DNA of 64,000 nucleotides from a virus. Its lineage: Duplodnaviria > Caudoviricetes. Positions 18,939-29,388 of the stretch are shown piece after piece. Location of the stretch: IMG/VR virus record IMGVR_UViG_3300037067_022526, positions 64,001 to 128,000 of that record; one strand, 5' to 3'. The notes below the pieces were generated by a model. It was not told the origin of the DNA. It did no database searches and was given only the letters and a program-made list of their open reading frames with translations. The translations under genes and the position numbers were made by a program. How positions within the stretch are numbered: the stretch's first letter is position 1; every line of letters starts with the position of its first letter.

Positions 18939-19307
18939 ATGTCATACGGACCAGTATCCCTCTCAGAATTAGCGACAACGGACATTGTTGCTCCAAGCGC
19001 TCCAACTTTTGTCACGATTGGACAAATAGACAATCTAACCATTCGGGCCTTAGTTGCGATTCCAACCACAGATGCAACTGGTGGTGCTTTAACTGGATTG
19101 GCCAAATTGACTGTTGTAACAGCAGTTATGTCGGGAGGCCAAAGCCCATTTGTTGGCCTTAGTATGGATGAAATCTTAGCATTGCCCGGTATAAATGCGG
19201 TTCATGTTGACCTGGTGGAAGCCGAAGCCGGCACACAGGTAGAAGTTGTTCTGCCGATAGTTAATCTAGGCGGGTTCCAGGCACTGGCTGCTGCTTGCAG
19301 TGATTAA
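18939..19307 (+). CDS. Hypothetical beta-rich protein
   Basis: AGGAG SD; followed by a strong hairpin. Confidence 0.6.
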   Translation: MSYGPVSLSELATTDIVAPSAPTFVTIGQIDNLTIRALVAIPTTDATGGALTGLAKLTVVTAVMSGGQSPFVGLSMDEILALPGINAVHVDLVEAEAGTQVEVVLPIVNLGGFQALAAACSD

Positions 19308-19317
19308 GATTTAATTT

Positions 19318-19356
19318 AATTGGGGGCAAGAGAATTTATTTCTCTTGCCCCCAATT
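19318..19356. terminator. Stem-loop, probable intrinsic terminator
   Basis: AATTGGGGGCAAGAGAA / TTCTCTTGCCCCCAATT inverted repeat after a stop codon. Confidence 0.7.
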
Positions 19357-19451
19357 GAGTGTAATAATGTTTGGACCTGTTAGTATATCTCAGCTCAAAA
19401 CAAGAAAACGGCCCTGGCTTCGCTTTATTCTACATATATTATACCTGATAA

Positions 19452-19979
19452 TTGCCTGAATGCCTGAGCACAATGAGTAGAATCACAGCCAAATTTTTGC
19501 GGCAACAGTATCAGACCATTTCAAAACAATACAAAATATATATAAAAGAATTTCCATCGTATATAATAAAAAAATCAACCGAAGAAAATTCGTATGGTTT
19601 TATACTTCGATACAAAAACAATAAAATAGAAATGTTTATTGACAAATCTCATCCTAATTATAGAAAAATTGTTACTCTCTATCACGAAACTGGACATGTT
19701 CGGTGCATTAGAAACAATTGTTTTTGCATAAAATATATCATGAAAATGTATAATATACGAAATAGAATTTATCAAGAAAAACATGCTATAGAGTTTTCTT
19801 TACGACAATTAATAGATAACGAAATGATCAAAAGTTTAAGAGACGAAATAATCGCCATCAAAGTTTTGTCTAAAGGTAATATAGACGACGGGATTTATGC
19901 TACTGCATCCAAAATGGTCATGCGAACCAAACTGTGGCGAGAGGCAATTGCACTTCTAAAAAAGGCATCTCGATTGTAG
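19452..19979 (+). CDS. HExxH metallopeptidase-like protein (ImmA/IrrE-like)
   Basis: TLYHETGH followed by a downstream E..A. Confidence 0.5.
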   Translation: MPECLSTMSRITAKFLRQQYQTISKQYKIYIKEFPSYIIKKSTEENSYGFILRYKNNKIEMFIDKSHPNYRKIVTLYHETGHVRCIRNNCFCIKYIMKMYNIRNRIYQEKHAIEFSLRQLIDNEMIKSLRDEIIAIKVLSKGNIDDGIYATASKMVMRTKLWREAIALLKKASRL

Positions 19980-20039
19980 TTTTTCTTGCATTCTCCTCGA
20001 AAATGCAATACAATACCATTAGAGGAGATAGAACCGAGT

Positions 20040-20090
20040 GTCACGTTAGACGTGATTAAGCAGTATATTCTGGATCAAAGAGGAGTATAA
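20040..20090 (+). pseudogene. IS200 TnpA (Y1 transposase) C-terminal remnant
   Basis: Encodes VTLDVIKQYILDQRGV*, matching the YIxxQ catalytic helix of TnpA. Confidence 0.45.
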
Positions 20091-20091
20091 C

Positions 20092-20463
20092 GTGAAAGTA
20101 GAACTAAAAACTGGTTGTGACCGTTTCGACCCCAGATACGTAATCCAAGACGACGATGGCAAAGTAGTCGATGACGCTCAGGGATGGGGTTACAAGAGCA
20201 AACAAAAAGCCTACAAGGCAATGTGGTATAAGTTTAGTGGGGGCAAGCAAAAAGTATCTGAAAGCATCAATAAGAAGAATGAGTTCTTCAAGCAACACAC
20301 TGGTCTCGAAAAGTTTCTCAACAGAATATATGAGAATAATTTCAAAGAAATTGCCAGAGGTGAAGTAACTGATGAGAACATTCTAGAAGAGATCAAAGAG
20401 AAATTCGGGATTGATATGCCCAAAGAATATTTGGGTGGTCCAGAGTACAAGAAGAGAAAATAA
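20092..20463 (+). CDS. Hypothetical protein
   Basis: GAGGAG SD; DDAQGWGYKS motif. Confidence 0.65.
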   Translation: MKVELKTGCDRFDPRYVIQDDDGKVVDDAQGWGYKSKQKAYKAMWYKFSGGKQKVSESINKKNEFFKQHTGLEKFLNRIYENNFKEIARGEVTDENILEEIKEKFGIDMPKEYLGGPEYKKRK

Positions 20464-21012
20464 GTGCTTTTGACGTTTGAAGTTAAACACAACAGAGATG
20501 AAGAGAATAAAATGACACCAATTAGAGAATGTTCAGCAGAGGAACGAATGTTGCGAGCATTGCTTGCAATCGAATATATATTAAGCGGAGACGCTTTGCC
20601 TGAAAGCGCGGAAGAAGTCCAAAAGAATGCCGAATTGATTCGAAAGATAATGTCTGACATATACTGCATTGCCCACGCTGGACACGGACAGTGCTGCGAA
20701 GGCGGTATAAGCAAATGGTTAGATTTAATCGAAAAATGCGAAAGTCATCTGGATGCGAAGATATAATGTGGAAACTACACTGTCCTAGTTGTGGGCAAAA
20801 AATAAATAAAGCCGAAGTAATTCCAATATATAAAACTGTTACAGTATCTAGTGACTATTTTGGCGACTGGATGGATAAAAATAGGACTACTGTTCCCAAA
20901 AACAAGAGTAAACCAATAAAAGAACAGCGGTTCGTGTATAATAAAGCAACGTGTTTTCCGTGTGAATGTGAAGTAGACGAACGTGAACTGATAGCAAAAA
21001 ATGAGGGAGAAA

Positions 21013-21489
21013 ATGTCTGAAAATAAGATATCAGGAGAATTGTCACCTGTTATACTAATCAGGATAGGTAGTGATGATATAGCAACTGTCGCTGATCTTG
21101 ACAACGTCATTAAGTATGTGCAAGAACATAATTCACCGCCTAAAGATGGTGAGATAATTGGACAATCAGGATTTCCTATCCCAATCAATATTAGCAAAGT
21201 TAATCGATCCCCCACTCCCGGTATGTTACTTGTTAAAGTTGGCAACGAAACTCGGCCAGCAAGCGCAGATGACATTAAAAAAATACAACAAGAGTTATGT
21301 GATTTTCTGAAGGATAATAATGAAGCAACCATAGTCACATATCATAATATGGAAATGAAATGGCTACCTATCGATGGCACATCTTTTAAGGAATCGCTGC
21401 CGCAAACACTTTTTGTATCTGGACATTTAACCCCGGATGACAAAGAGTGGGCGAATAAAATGCTTGCAGATCCAGCTGTGGAATCGTAA
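21013..21489 (+). CDS. Hypothetical protein with internal duplication
   Basis: Two copies of an L(I/V)x(I/V)G.....A...D(L/I) unit. Confidence 0.55.
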   Translation: MSENKISGELSPVILIRIGSDDIATVADLDNVIKYVQEHNSPPKDGEIIGQSGFPIPINISKVNRSPTPGMLLVKVGNETRPASADDIKKIQQELCDFLKDNNEATIVTYHNMEMKWLPIDGTSFKESLPQTLFVSGHLTPDDKEWANKMLADPAVES

Positions 21490-21812
21490 TGAGTTATTGG
21501 ATATTTCCATTAATATTCCTCATTATATTTGAGTCTATCGCAGATATTTTTGCCAAAGAATATGCTATTAGACGACAATTCCACTTAGCATCAATATCAA
21601 TTCTGCTCTATATTATTTGTAGTAGTTTTTGGTTAATTGCGCTTCGCAATGGAGCAGAATTATCTAGGGGTGCTGTGCTATTTTCAGTTGCAAGTGCCAT
21701 TTTGGCCTGTTGTATAGGTGTCGGATATTATCGAGAGCAGTTGACAATCACCGAATGGATTGGTATACTATTAGGTCTGGCTTCAATTGGATTGTTAATC
21801 AAACATGCATAA
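21489..21812 (+). CDS. SMR/DMT-like small four-TM membrane protein
   Basis: 107 aa, Glu in TM1, C-terminal E.L...W.GI.LG. Confidence 0.7.
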   Translation: MSYWIFPLIFLIIFESIADIFAKEYAIRRQFHLASISILLYIICSSFWLIALRNGAELSRGAVLFSVASAILACCIGVGYYREQLTITEWIGILLGLASIGLLIKHA

Positions 21813-22530
21813 GATAATCCATGGCGACTGTATAACCGAATTAAAAAATATACAATCGGATTGCATCGACTTAATTATTACAGATCCTCCCTTCAATATT
21901 AAGAAAAAATATAATTCTTATGCTGATAATAAAAGCAAAGATGAATACCTAAAATGGTGTGAAATTTGGTTATCTGAATGTATTAGAGTATTAAAAAATG
22001 GTGGATCACTTTATCTTATTAACTATCCAGAGAATAATGCATATCTTATGCCATTTCTAGATAAGCACTTAACGTTCAAACGGTGGATGACTTGGCACTA
22101 TCCTGTTAATACTGGCATGTCTCCAACTAACTATACCCGTAGCCAACACTCGATTTTATTCTATATCAAAGGTAAAAAACCTAAAACATTTAATAAAGAT
22201 GACATAGCAGAGCCCTATCGTAATCCCACTGACAAAAGAATAATTCAACGCGTAAAAGATGGCAGCAAAGGAAAGACCCCCTACGATGTCTTCCATCTCA
22301 ATTTAGTTAAGAATGTCAGCAGAGACAAGACTGAACATCCGTGTCAAATCCCCGTTCCATTATTGGAAATTTTTATAAAAGCCAGCTCTAATCCTGGAGA
22401 TATTGTGTTAGATCCATTTGGGGGCAGTTTTTCAACTGCTCGTGCAGCAAAAAATTTAGGCAGAAATTCTATAAATATTGAGTTGGATAAAAAATATTGT
22501 GAAATAGGTGAACGACGACTCAAAACATAA
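21805..22530 (+). CDS. DNA methyltransferase (N4/N6, beta class)
   Basis: TDPPF..HPCQIP..VLDPFGGSFST motif order. Confidence 0.92.
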   Translation: MHKIIHGDCITELKNIQSDCIDLIITDPPFNIKKKYNSYADNKSKDEYLKWCEIWLSECIRVLKNGGSLYLINYPENNAYLMPFLDKHLTFKRWMTWHYPVNTGMSPTNYTRSQHSILFYIKGKKPKTFNKDDIAEPYRNPTDKRIIQRVKDGSKGKTPYDVFHLNLVKNVSRDKTEHPCQIPVPLLEIFIKASSNPGDIVLDPFGGSFSTARAAKNLGRNSINIELDKKYCEIGERRLKT

Positions 22531-22931
22531 TAAAAGAGCAGACGCTGGCAAGTTTATTCAAGTAGGAGTAAAAATTGGCTAAAAGAATTCCAACTGAAGA
22601 AGAAATCAAAAAATTTGGCATAATCGAAGGAGTAAATAATATTTATTATGTAATAACTTCATTTGGTGTGCTATCTAGAGTATACTGGATAAATGGAGAA
22701 CCAAAATACCACATAGGGGAGGAAATGCAAAACATACCTCGTATTTTAACTTGTAAATTACAAGGGCAGTACTTACGATATTTGGAGAAACAATTAGGGG
22801 TCGATTACATACAAAAGCTCGAAAAGGCGGGAATAAAAGTAGATATCCAATCGTCTAAAAGAGAACAAGGAGTTGTCGAAAAATTAGAGTATAATACCGA
22901 ATGAATCGGATTAACAAACAAGGAGAAACAA

Positions 22932-23459
22932 ATGATTAAGGTTCGATGGGCAGTGCTGAGTGTTGCAGTATTGCTGGCAACTTCAACGGTTGCGATGGCA
23001 GACAGTTTTATGTTCAGCTTTAGCTTTGGAAGACCGATTTATACTTATGCAGAAGTAGCTTATGTTACTCCAGTTGTATACGAGCCTCCGGTGGTTGTAT
23101 ACGAGGAACCAGTAGTTGTATACGAGCCTCCAGTCGTAGTAACATACCTTCCACCGCCAACTAGATATGTTTATCCTGTGACTTTATACCATCCATGTCC
23201 AACTTATGTATTTAACTGGACAGTGTATCATCACGATCGGCCGTTTAATCATGGCAGGTTTAGTTATGAACACCGGCGATTTGTCCCTCGAACTGAAATT
23301 AGTCATCGTCCTGTCCACCAGCCCAGGATTGATGTTCAACGCAGCCAACGTATTGGCTCTCAGCACAGAATTGGTAGTCGTCCTGTTAGCCGTCAATCCG
23401 GGTTGAGTCATCGCCCTGGTTTAAGTCGGCGGTCTAACTCTGGTCATCGCGGCCGGTAA
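22932..23459 (+). CDS. Secreted Pro/Val/Tyr-repeat (PXPV-like) protein
   Basis: Signal peptide, VVYEPP repeats, Arg-rich tail. Confidence 0.65.
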   Translation: MIKVRWAVLSVAVLLATSTVAMADSFMFSFSFGRPIYTYAEVAYVTPVVYEPPVVVYEEPVVVYEPPVVVTYLPPPTRYVYPVTLYHPCPTYVFNWTVYHHDRPFNHGRFSYEHRRFVPRTEISHRPVHQPRIDVQRSQRIGSQHRIGSRPVSRQSGLSHRPGLSRRSNSGHRGR

Positions 23460-23486
23460 ATTGAGAACGGATTAACGTAGTTAAAA

Positions 23487-24734
23487 ATGAAAAATGAATC
23501 AAGTGGCTCTAATTTAGAGCCTCCCGAATCGGGTTGTAATAAAGTAAAATCAGAGGATTCAAAACCAGTAGAAGAAGACAAACCTCCTTCCACTGGTTTT
23601 GTTATATCTCCAAAATCTAATGAATTTCGTTGTCGATTGTCTAATGCCAGTATATCCGAATGGAATGATTGGCATTGGCAACTTCGGTCTCGTATTCGCA
23701 ACACAACGGGTCTATCAAATATTATTCAATTAACAGATGATGAGAAGAATGCCATTTCTCAGATAGGAGATCATTTGCCTGTTGGCATTACTCCGTATTA
23801 TGCATCTCTAATTGACCCAAACGATCCCGCTGATCCAATCAGAAAAATGATGGTTCCTGTTAGCACAGAACTTACTCGAACAGAGTTTGAGTCTGATGAC
23901 CCATTATCAGAAGAAAAGCACATGCCGGTGCCGGGGCTCGTGCACCGCTACCCGGACCGCGTGCTGTTCCTGGTCACGAACTTCTGCGCCACGTATTGCC
24001 GCTACTGCACACGCGCTCGGATGGTGGGCCAGACCGGCGAGTACCACTTCAACACGGACCAGTACCAGCAGGCCCTCGACTACATCGCCGCACACCCGGA
24101 GATCCGGGACGTGCTCCTGTCCGGCGGCGATCCGCTGACGATGATGGACGAGCGGCTGGAGTGGCTCCTGGAACGCATAAAAGCAATTCCTCATATTGAA
24201 ATGATTAGAATTGGTACCAAAGTGCCCTGTGTATTACCGCAAAGGATTACTTTAGAATTGTGCAATATGCTTCGTAAATACCATCCGTTATTTATCAGTA
24301 TCCATTTTATGCATCCAGTTGAAATCACACCAGAAGTTTCAAGGGCATGTTGTATGCTAGCTGATGCTGGTATACCACTTGGTAGTCAAACAGTATTAGC
24401 GTCTAGAATCAATGATGATTCTAAGACAATGAAAAAACTTATGCATGAACTTCTTAAAATACGCGTAAAACCATACTACATATACGCATGCGATCCGATT
24501 TCTGGTTCAGGACATTTTCGGACACCAGTTCAAAAGGGATTGGAAATCATATCTGGGATCCGTGGACATACCACCGGATATGGAGTGCCAACCTTCGTGA
24601 TTGATGCACCTGGTGGAGGCGGTAAAATACCAATAACTCCTGATTCTGTCATAGGTCATGATCCTAACTTTGTATTTCTGCGAAACTATGAAGGCAAGGA
24701 ATTTAAATATCCAGATCGACCCGTCGCTGTATAA
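23487..24734 (+). CDS. kamA: KamA-family radical SAM (lysine 2,3-aminomutase-like)
   Basis: HRYPDRVL, CATYCRYC, LSGGDPL, RGHTTGY..P.FVIDAPGGGGKIP; exact substrate not determinable. Confidence 0.92.
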   Translation: MKNESSGSNLEPPESGCNKVKSEDSKPVEEDKPPSTGFVISPKSNEFRCRLSNASISEWNDWHWQLRSRIRNTTGLSNIIQLTDDEKNAISQIGDHLPVGITPYYASLIDPNDPADPIRKMMVPVSTELTRTEFESDDPLSEEKHMPVPGLVHRYPDRVLFLVTNFCATYCRYCTRARMVGQTGEYHFNTDQYQQALDYIAAHPEIRDVLLSGGDPLTMMDERLEWLLERIKAIPHIEMIRIGTKVPCVLPQRITLELCNMLRKYHPLFISIHFMHPVEITPEVSRACCMLADAGIPLGSQTVLASRINDDSKTMKKLMHELLKIRVKPYYIYACDPISGSGHFRTPVQKGLEIISGIRGHTTGYGVPTFVIDAPGGGGKIPITPDSVIGHDPNFVFLRNYEGKEFKYPDRPVAV

Positions 24735-24766
24735 TGATATAGTGTCATTAGAGAACCAAATTAATA

Positions 24767-25747
24767 ATGCTATTTCTAAAAAAACTGAAACTTGTCAATT
24801 TTTGTAATTTTGAAAATTACGAAATCTCTTTTATTAAACCAAACGGAGAACCATATAAATACGTATGTTTCTTTGGGCCAAACGGCGTGGGCAAGTCTAC
24901 GCTGCTAGAATCTGTCTCCATGCTACCCGGTGACATATTCGGCAGGACAAGCCAATTTGTTTCTCAGGGATTACAAAAATATGTTCGGCACCCTGACTAT
25001 GATCCTACCTGGCAAAAAGTAACCGATGAAACCGAAAGAGAAATGTTTATTGAGGGAATTTATGATATTGATGGCAAAGAATATATAGTACAGATTAACC
25101 AGAATGGGTGGGTTCGCAATGATCTGTGTCCAATAGCAATAATTAATGAGAATGATGACGATGATGCTGAACAAAAATCAATGAGAAGTGGTCCTTGGAA
25201 GTCGGATCACCTGCTATACAGAAAGAGGATTTCATATTTCATAAAATCTGATTCTGACTTATCGATGAGTAAGTTTCAGTTACACTGGTCACAAAAAGAC
25301 GATTTTGAAAAAATTGTATCTCAAATCACTCGATTTCCATGCGAATGTTTGCCACCAAAAGGGCTAACTCCACAAGAGAGAGAGTTTTCTACTGACTTTG
25401 TTATTATTAAGAAAAATTATAGAATTCATTTTAAGCGCATGTCTGCCGGTGAACGTAAGATATGCAAATCATTTAGTGATATTTTTAACCTGATGCATTC
25501 ATTAAAATATCCCAAAGTCGGTGACCCGGTCATGGACAAATGGCCCAGATTATTGTTAATTGATAATGTGGAGATGCATGTATATTACGATCGGCATGTT
25601 CAAATGGTTGAATGTCTAAAAGAGATTTTTCAACATCAGCAGATTTTTGCCACAACTCATAGCGGTATCCTTATCAATCGATTTCTTCGTGGTGAAAATG
25701 ACAGGGAAAATGAATTAATGATTAACCTCGAAGAAGTCAACAACTAA
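24767..25747 (+). CDS. ABC/SMC-type ATPase
   Basis: GPNGVGKS, MSAGE signature, LLIDNVE, TTHS. Confidence 0.82.
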   Translation: MLFLKKLKLVNFCNFENYEISFIKPNGEPYKYVCFFGPNGVGKSTLLESVSMLPGDIFGRTSQFVSQGLQKYVRHPDYDPTWQKVTDETEREMFIEGIYDIDGKEYIVQINQNGWVRNDLCPIAIINENDDDDAEQKSMRSGPWKSDHLLYRKRISYFIKSDSDLSMSKFQLHWSQKDDFEKIVSQITRFPCECLPPKGLTPQEREFSTDFVIIKKNYRIHFKRMSAGERKICKSFSDIFNLMHSLKYPKVGDPVMDKWPRLLLIDNVEMHVYYDRHVQMVECLKEIFQHQQIFATTHSGILINRFLRGENDRENELMINLEEVNN

Positions 25748-26132
25748 TATTCTAAATTATTTGAGCAATTCATCCTCTACGATAAAGACATAGAGGGATT
25801 TCTTGTTACTAAAAGGAAAGAACCGAATACCGGAGCAATTATAAGCACCAGGAGACATGCATTAGAGAGGTCAAGATATGTCCGTTATGAATGCTACTCA
25901 GACCGGAAATACGAACACGTCTACTTCTCGAATCCCTTCACTTCAAATTAATAATCTCTCAGAAGGACAAAATGTGATCGATTAGGTAAATTAGTTTTAA
26001 AAAGGAGGCACCAATGTTGCATAAAATTAAGAGACTATTTTGTGCTATGTTTCAGTTTGTGTTTCCCACCAAGAAAACTGAGCCTTCAAAACCTAATTTC
26101 CAGTTCATTTGTCCGATTTGCGGAAAAGAACA

Positions 26133-26510
26133 TTAGACCTCTTCATATCCATCAAATCCAGTATCGGCCAAATCATCTGGCTTTTTAAGGTTTGATATTA
26201 TAATATTTCTTGCAATTTTCCATTGTTTTACAGAATGTAATCGAAGTGTTTCGCCATCGGGTTCACTGTGATATTTAGCATCTCGACCAGCCGGAGTATT
26301 CTCCATGAATTCATTTCGAACATTGACTTCCTGATTAATGCCGTTTTTGATAACCTTGTCCCATAAATTAACTGTTCCATTGATAGCATCTTCGGGTAGA
26401 AAATTAACTGCCAATGTGTATAACAATATGCGGTCAAACATCTTCATGTATTTGCCGACAAATTGAATATCTGAGTCCTTTAATATTTCTTGAAGTTCTT
26501 TTCCGTCCAT
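26133..26510 (-). CDS. Hypothetical protein
   Basis: 125-aa ORF in a minus-strand trio. Confidence 0.55.
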   Translation of the reverse strand: MDGKELQEILKDSDIQFVGKYMKMFDRILLYTLAVNFLPEDAINGTVNLWDKVIKNGINQEVNVRNEFMENTPAGRDAKYHSEPDGETLRLHSVKQWKIARNIIISNLKKPDDLADTGFDGYEEV

Positions 26511-27148
26511 TTTTGTTATCCCAGTGCTGTTTGATATCCGGTCCAGAAAATTTCTGCCATCTCTTTACTGATTGGTTGGTCACAAATTAGAAGTACTACT
26601 TGATCATCCGTGTGATCCACCAAGTGCATACCCTTAATAATACTTCCTTTATCGAGGAAATCCTGTATTTTATTTATTATTGTGCTTACGTCATTTTTGC
26701 AAACTACTGGTACAAGTTTCATAGCCACTTCCTTTATATTTTAGCGAATTCTGCTCTGAAAAGCAACTTCATTTCGCTTAATAGGACAATTTTATACAAA
26801 TGTTTAACTTTATAAATATACCAGTGTAAATCTGGAAATTTGTAAACTGCTCCTACGTTTAGTTCTTCGGGCTCAATTACGCCAGAAGTGATTATCTGCC
26901 AGTCTCTCCATTTGAGATCAAATTTTGACTCATGTTTTCGCATTTTTTCGGCTGCCCAATCCATCATTCTTTGCTCGGCGGTTTTTTCCTGCCTAACTTC
27001 TTTGGGGTCTAGAATATATATTGGCTCTCGCCTTTTTTGTAGTTCCTTCTCATTGGGTATATTATTTTTTTTTGACATAGAAGTTCCTTTTGTCTATATT
27101 ATACAATGCATTAGGTATAATATACTTATCAAAATAAGGAGATACAAT

Positions 27149-27571
27149 ATTCCCACATATGAGTATATATGCGATAAGTGCGGCCATTCCGAGGATATAA
27201 TTCATGCCATGTCGGACGTATCATTGCGAGATTGTCCGGAATGTGCCCACAACATGTCAAAACAGATAGGGATTGGGTATATAGCATCAAAGGGATTCAA
27301 GCCAACCCTCGCGGATATCAGAGAGGACAATCATTCTAAGAAAGTTAGTGATAAGGATCGAGCAATTAAAATGAGAAAGCGAGCATTTGGCCACGAGGCA
27401 GTGGGGGATCCTGTTTATACTCCCGACCCAAAACACATTGTCAAAAAGGGCAGAGTTCTTGGTGGACAGGATAAAGAAGTGGATAAACAGGAATTTATAA
27501 AATCAGCCGCCAAAGACCCTCTAATGGTTAAATTGGCAGAGGATGCCCTGAAACGAAGTTCTCAAAAATAG
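27149..27571 (+). CDS. FmdB-family zinc-ribbon protein (apparent ATT start)
   Basis: PTYEYICDKCGH..CPEC; AAGGAG 7 nt before ATT. Confidence 0.7.
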   Translation: MPTYEYICDKCGHSEDIIHAMSDVSLRDCPECAHNMSKQIGIGYIASKGFKPTLADIREDNHSKKVSDKDRAIKMRKRAFGHEAVGDPVYTPDPKHIVKKGRVLGGQDKEVDKQEFIKSAAKDPLMVKLAEDALKRSSQK

Positions 27572-27582
27572 TAGGAAGTTTT

Positions 27583-29388
27583 ATGCATAACCGAACATTT
27601 TACGGCAAAAAGGTATGTATTATCATACCGTGTATGAACAGAATAGAAATCCTAATGCATACCCTTCCAAGGTGGCTAGAACAAATTTACGGGTCATACC
27701 AACTTATTATAGTAGATTATAGCTCACACCAAGAAATATATGGAGATATCCGCAAAATATGTTCTAGATACCAATGTGAGATAGATTATAATAATCCCAA
27801 ATCAGATAAAAAGGTAAATGTTATACGAATTAATAGAATGTCAAATTTTAATATGAGTCATGCTATTAATATCGGAATTAGAAATTCATCATCTGAAATA
27901 ATAAGCATAGCCGGATGTGAGACATCTCCTGCTCCTTTCTACCTTGAGTCTGTCATGATGACAGTAGACCATAATATATTTACAAGATGTCAGTTCGGAC
28001 GTTTATCTTTTCCTCGAAATGCGATTGAAGAAATTAATGGGTATCCCGAATTATTCGAATACTGGGGAGCAGAAGATGACATTGTGTCTAAATGCCTTGT
28101 CGTTAAAGGTATGTTTCTTCATGATTTAGACCCAATTTTGGCAGACAATATTTCACACCATGATTTTTCGTCTATTATCGGGGATCAATATAATAAATTC
28201 TCCCGCAATTATAATAGAGGCAGAATAGAAACAAAAACGGGATCTATCATCAATTTACAGAGATATTATTCATACCGACGACGCCATGGAATAATTAATA
28301 ACTATGGAAAAGCATATGGGGCAGACAAACCCATACTTGCAGATCCGTCTGAACAGGATGATACACCAATTGAATCAACTGTTGTTCCATCTAGAAAATC
28401 ATACATTGGGGCGCGGTTGGCTGTTGTTATTCCATGCATGAACAGGTTGGACAACTTATCTGTCACACTGCCCATGTGGTTTGAACAAGTCTATCATAAC
28501 AAGCAGATTGTCATTATTGACTATAACTCTGATATTCCAATATATAAAACAATCGAATCTATATGTGATTTGCATAAAAAAAGATTGTCATATAACAAAT
28601 TTGATTATGATGCTGATTGTGTTTTGTTTAGAATTAATGGTACTAAGTACTTCAATATTAGCCACGCATACAATTATTGCATATCTAAAATCTCATGTGA
28701 CATTATATCTACAACATGTGCCGATTCGTGCCCAAGGGACTATTATCTAGATTGTTGCGCCAACTTGATTGATGACCACCATTACACGCAATGTTACTGG
28801 GGATTACATACAATCACATATGAAAATTGGAAAAAGATTAATGGGCATCAAGAGATTATTGTTGGGTATGGAGTCGAAGATGAGGACTTTTCAACCAGAG
28901 CATCACTTATGGGTCTCTACCAAATAATATTGCCAGAACATTTGATTTTTAATATTCCCAACAATCCTGATACGCAGGGTGAAAACTACGAATTGAAAAA
29001 CATAAAGAATAGTGAAATAGTGAATCGAGCAAGATTGTATGAGTATATAGGAAAATTCGGATATACCGCCAATTATGGTTTGCCCATAGGAAATGATCAT
29101 CCAATTGATTTTGTTCCATTTGATCCGATTTCAGAGAAAAACCTAATTAAATTATCCGTGTGTTCTACTGATTCACTAGACAAATCCAACCCTCCTGACG
29201 GTATTTCATATAGTGAAATATATGATGTTTTTTACACATTCACAAAAGATTGGTTTGATTGGACATTGATTTGTGAAGTCAAAAAATCACAGATTTTTGT
29301 CCTGCCAAATAAGGACGAGAATATAGATAAATACCTGTTTATTTTATCTCAGAAAATAGCAAGAACTCAACAGGAGTTAATTCCTTGA
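27583..29388 (+). CDS. Tandem two-domain GT-A glycosyltransferase (GT2/GT7-like)
   Basis: Two (I/V)IPCMNR..DY.S..FN.SHA.N..ING..E...G.ED units. Confidence 0.8.
   Translation: MHNRTFYGKKVCIIIPCMNRIEILMHTLPRWLEQIYGSYQLIIVDYSSHQEIYGDIRKICSRYQCEIDYNNPKSDKKVNVIRINRMSNFNMSHAINIGIRNSSSEIISIAGCETSPAPFYLESVMMTVDHNIFTRCQFGRLSFPRNAIEEINGYPELFEYWGAEDDIVSKCLVVKGMFLHDLDPILADNISHHDFSSIIGDQYNKFSRNYNRGRIETKTGSIINLQRYYSYRRRHGIINNYGKAYGADKPILADPSEQDDTPIESTVVPSRKSYIGARLAVVIPCMNRLDNLSVTLPMWFEQVYHNKQIVIIDYNSDIPIYKTIESICDLHKKRLSYNKFDYDADCVLFRINGTKYFNISHAYNYCISKISCDIISTTCADSCPRDYYLDCCANLIDDHHYTQCYWGLHTITYENWKKINGHQEIIVGYGVEDEDFSTRASLMGLYQIILPEHLIFNIPNNPDTQGENYELKNIKNSEIVNRARLYEYIGKFGYTANYGLPIGNDHPIDFVPFDPISEKNLIKLSVCSTDSLDKSNPPDGISYSEIYDVFYTFTKDWFDWTLICEVKKSQIFVLPNKDENIDKYLFILSQKIARTQQELIP

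Noticed and set aside
21805-22530. Restriction-modification system
   Set aside because: No recognisable cognate endonuclease; orphan MTases are common in large phages.
23887-24199. Alternative-frame ORFs within kamA
   Set aside because: By-products of the stop-poor high-GC patch.
24767-25747. Defence system (Gabija/Septu/PARIS-like) around the ABC ATPase
   Set aside because: No partner nuclease, helicase or TOPRIM gene is adjacent.
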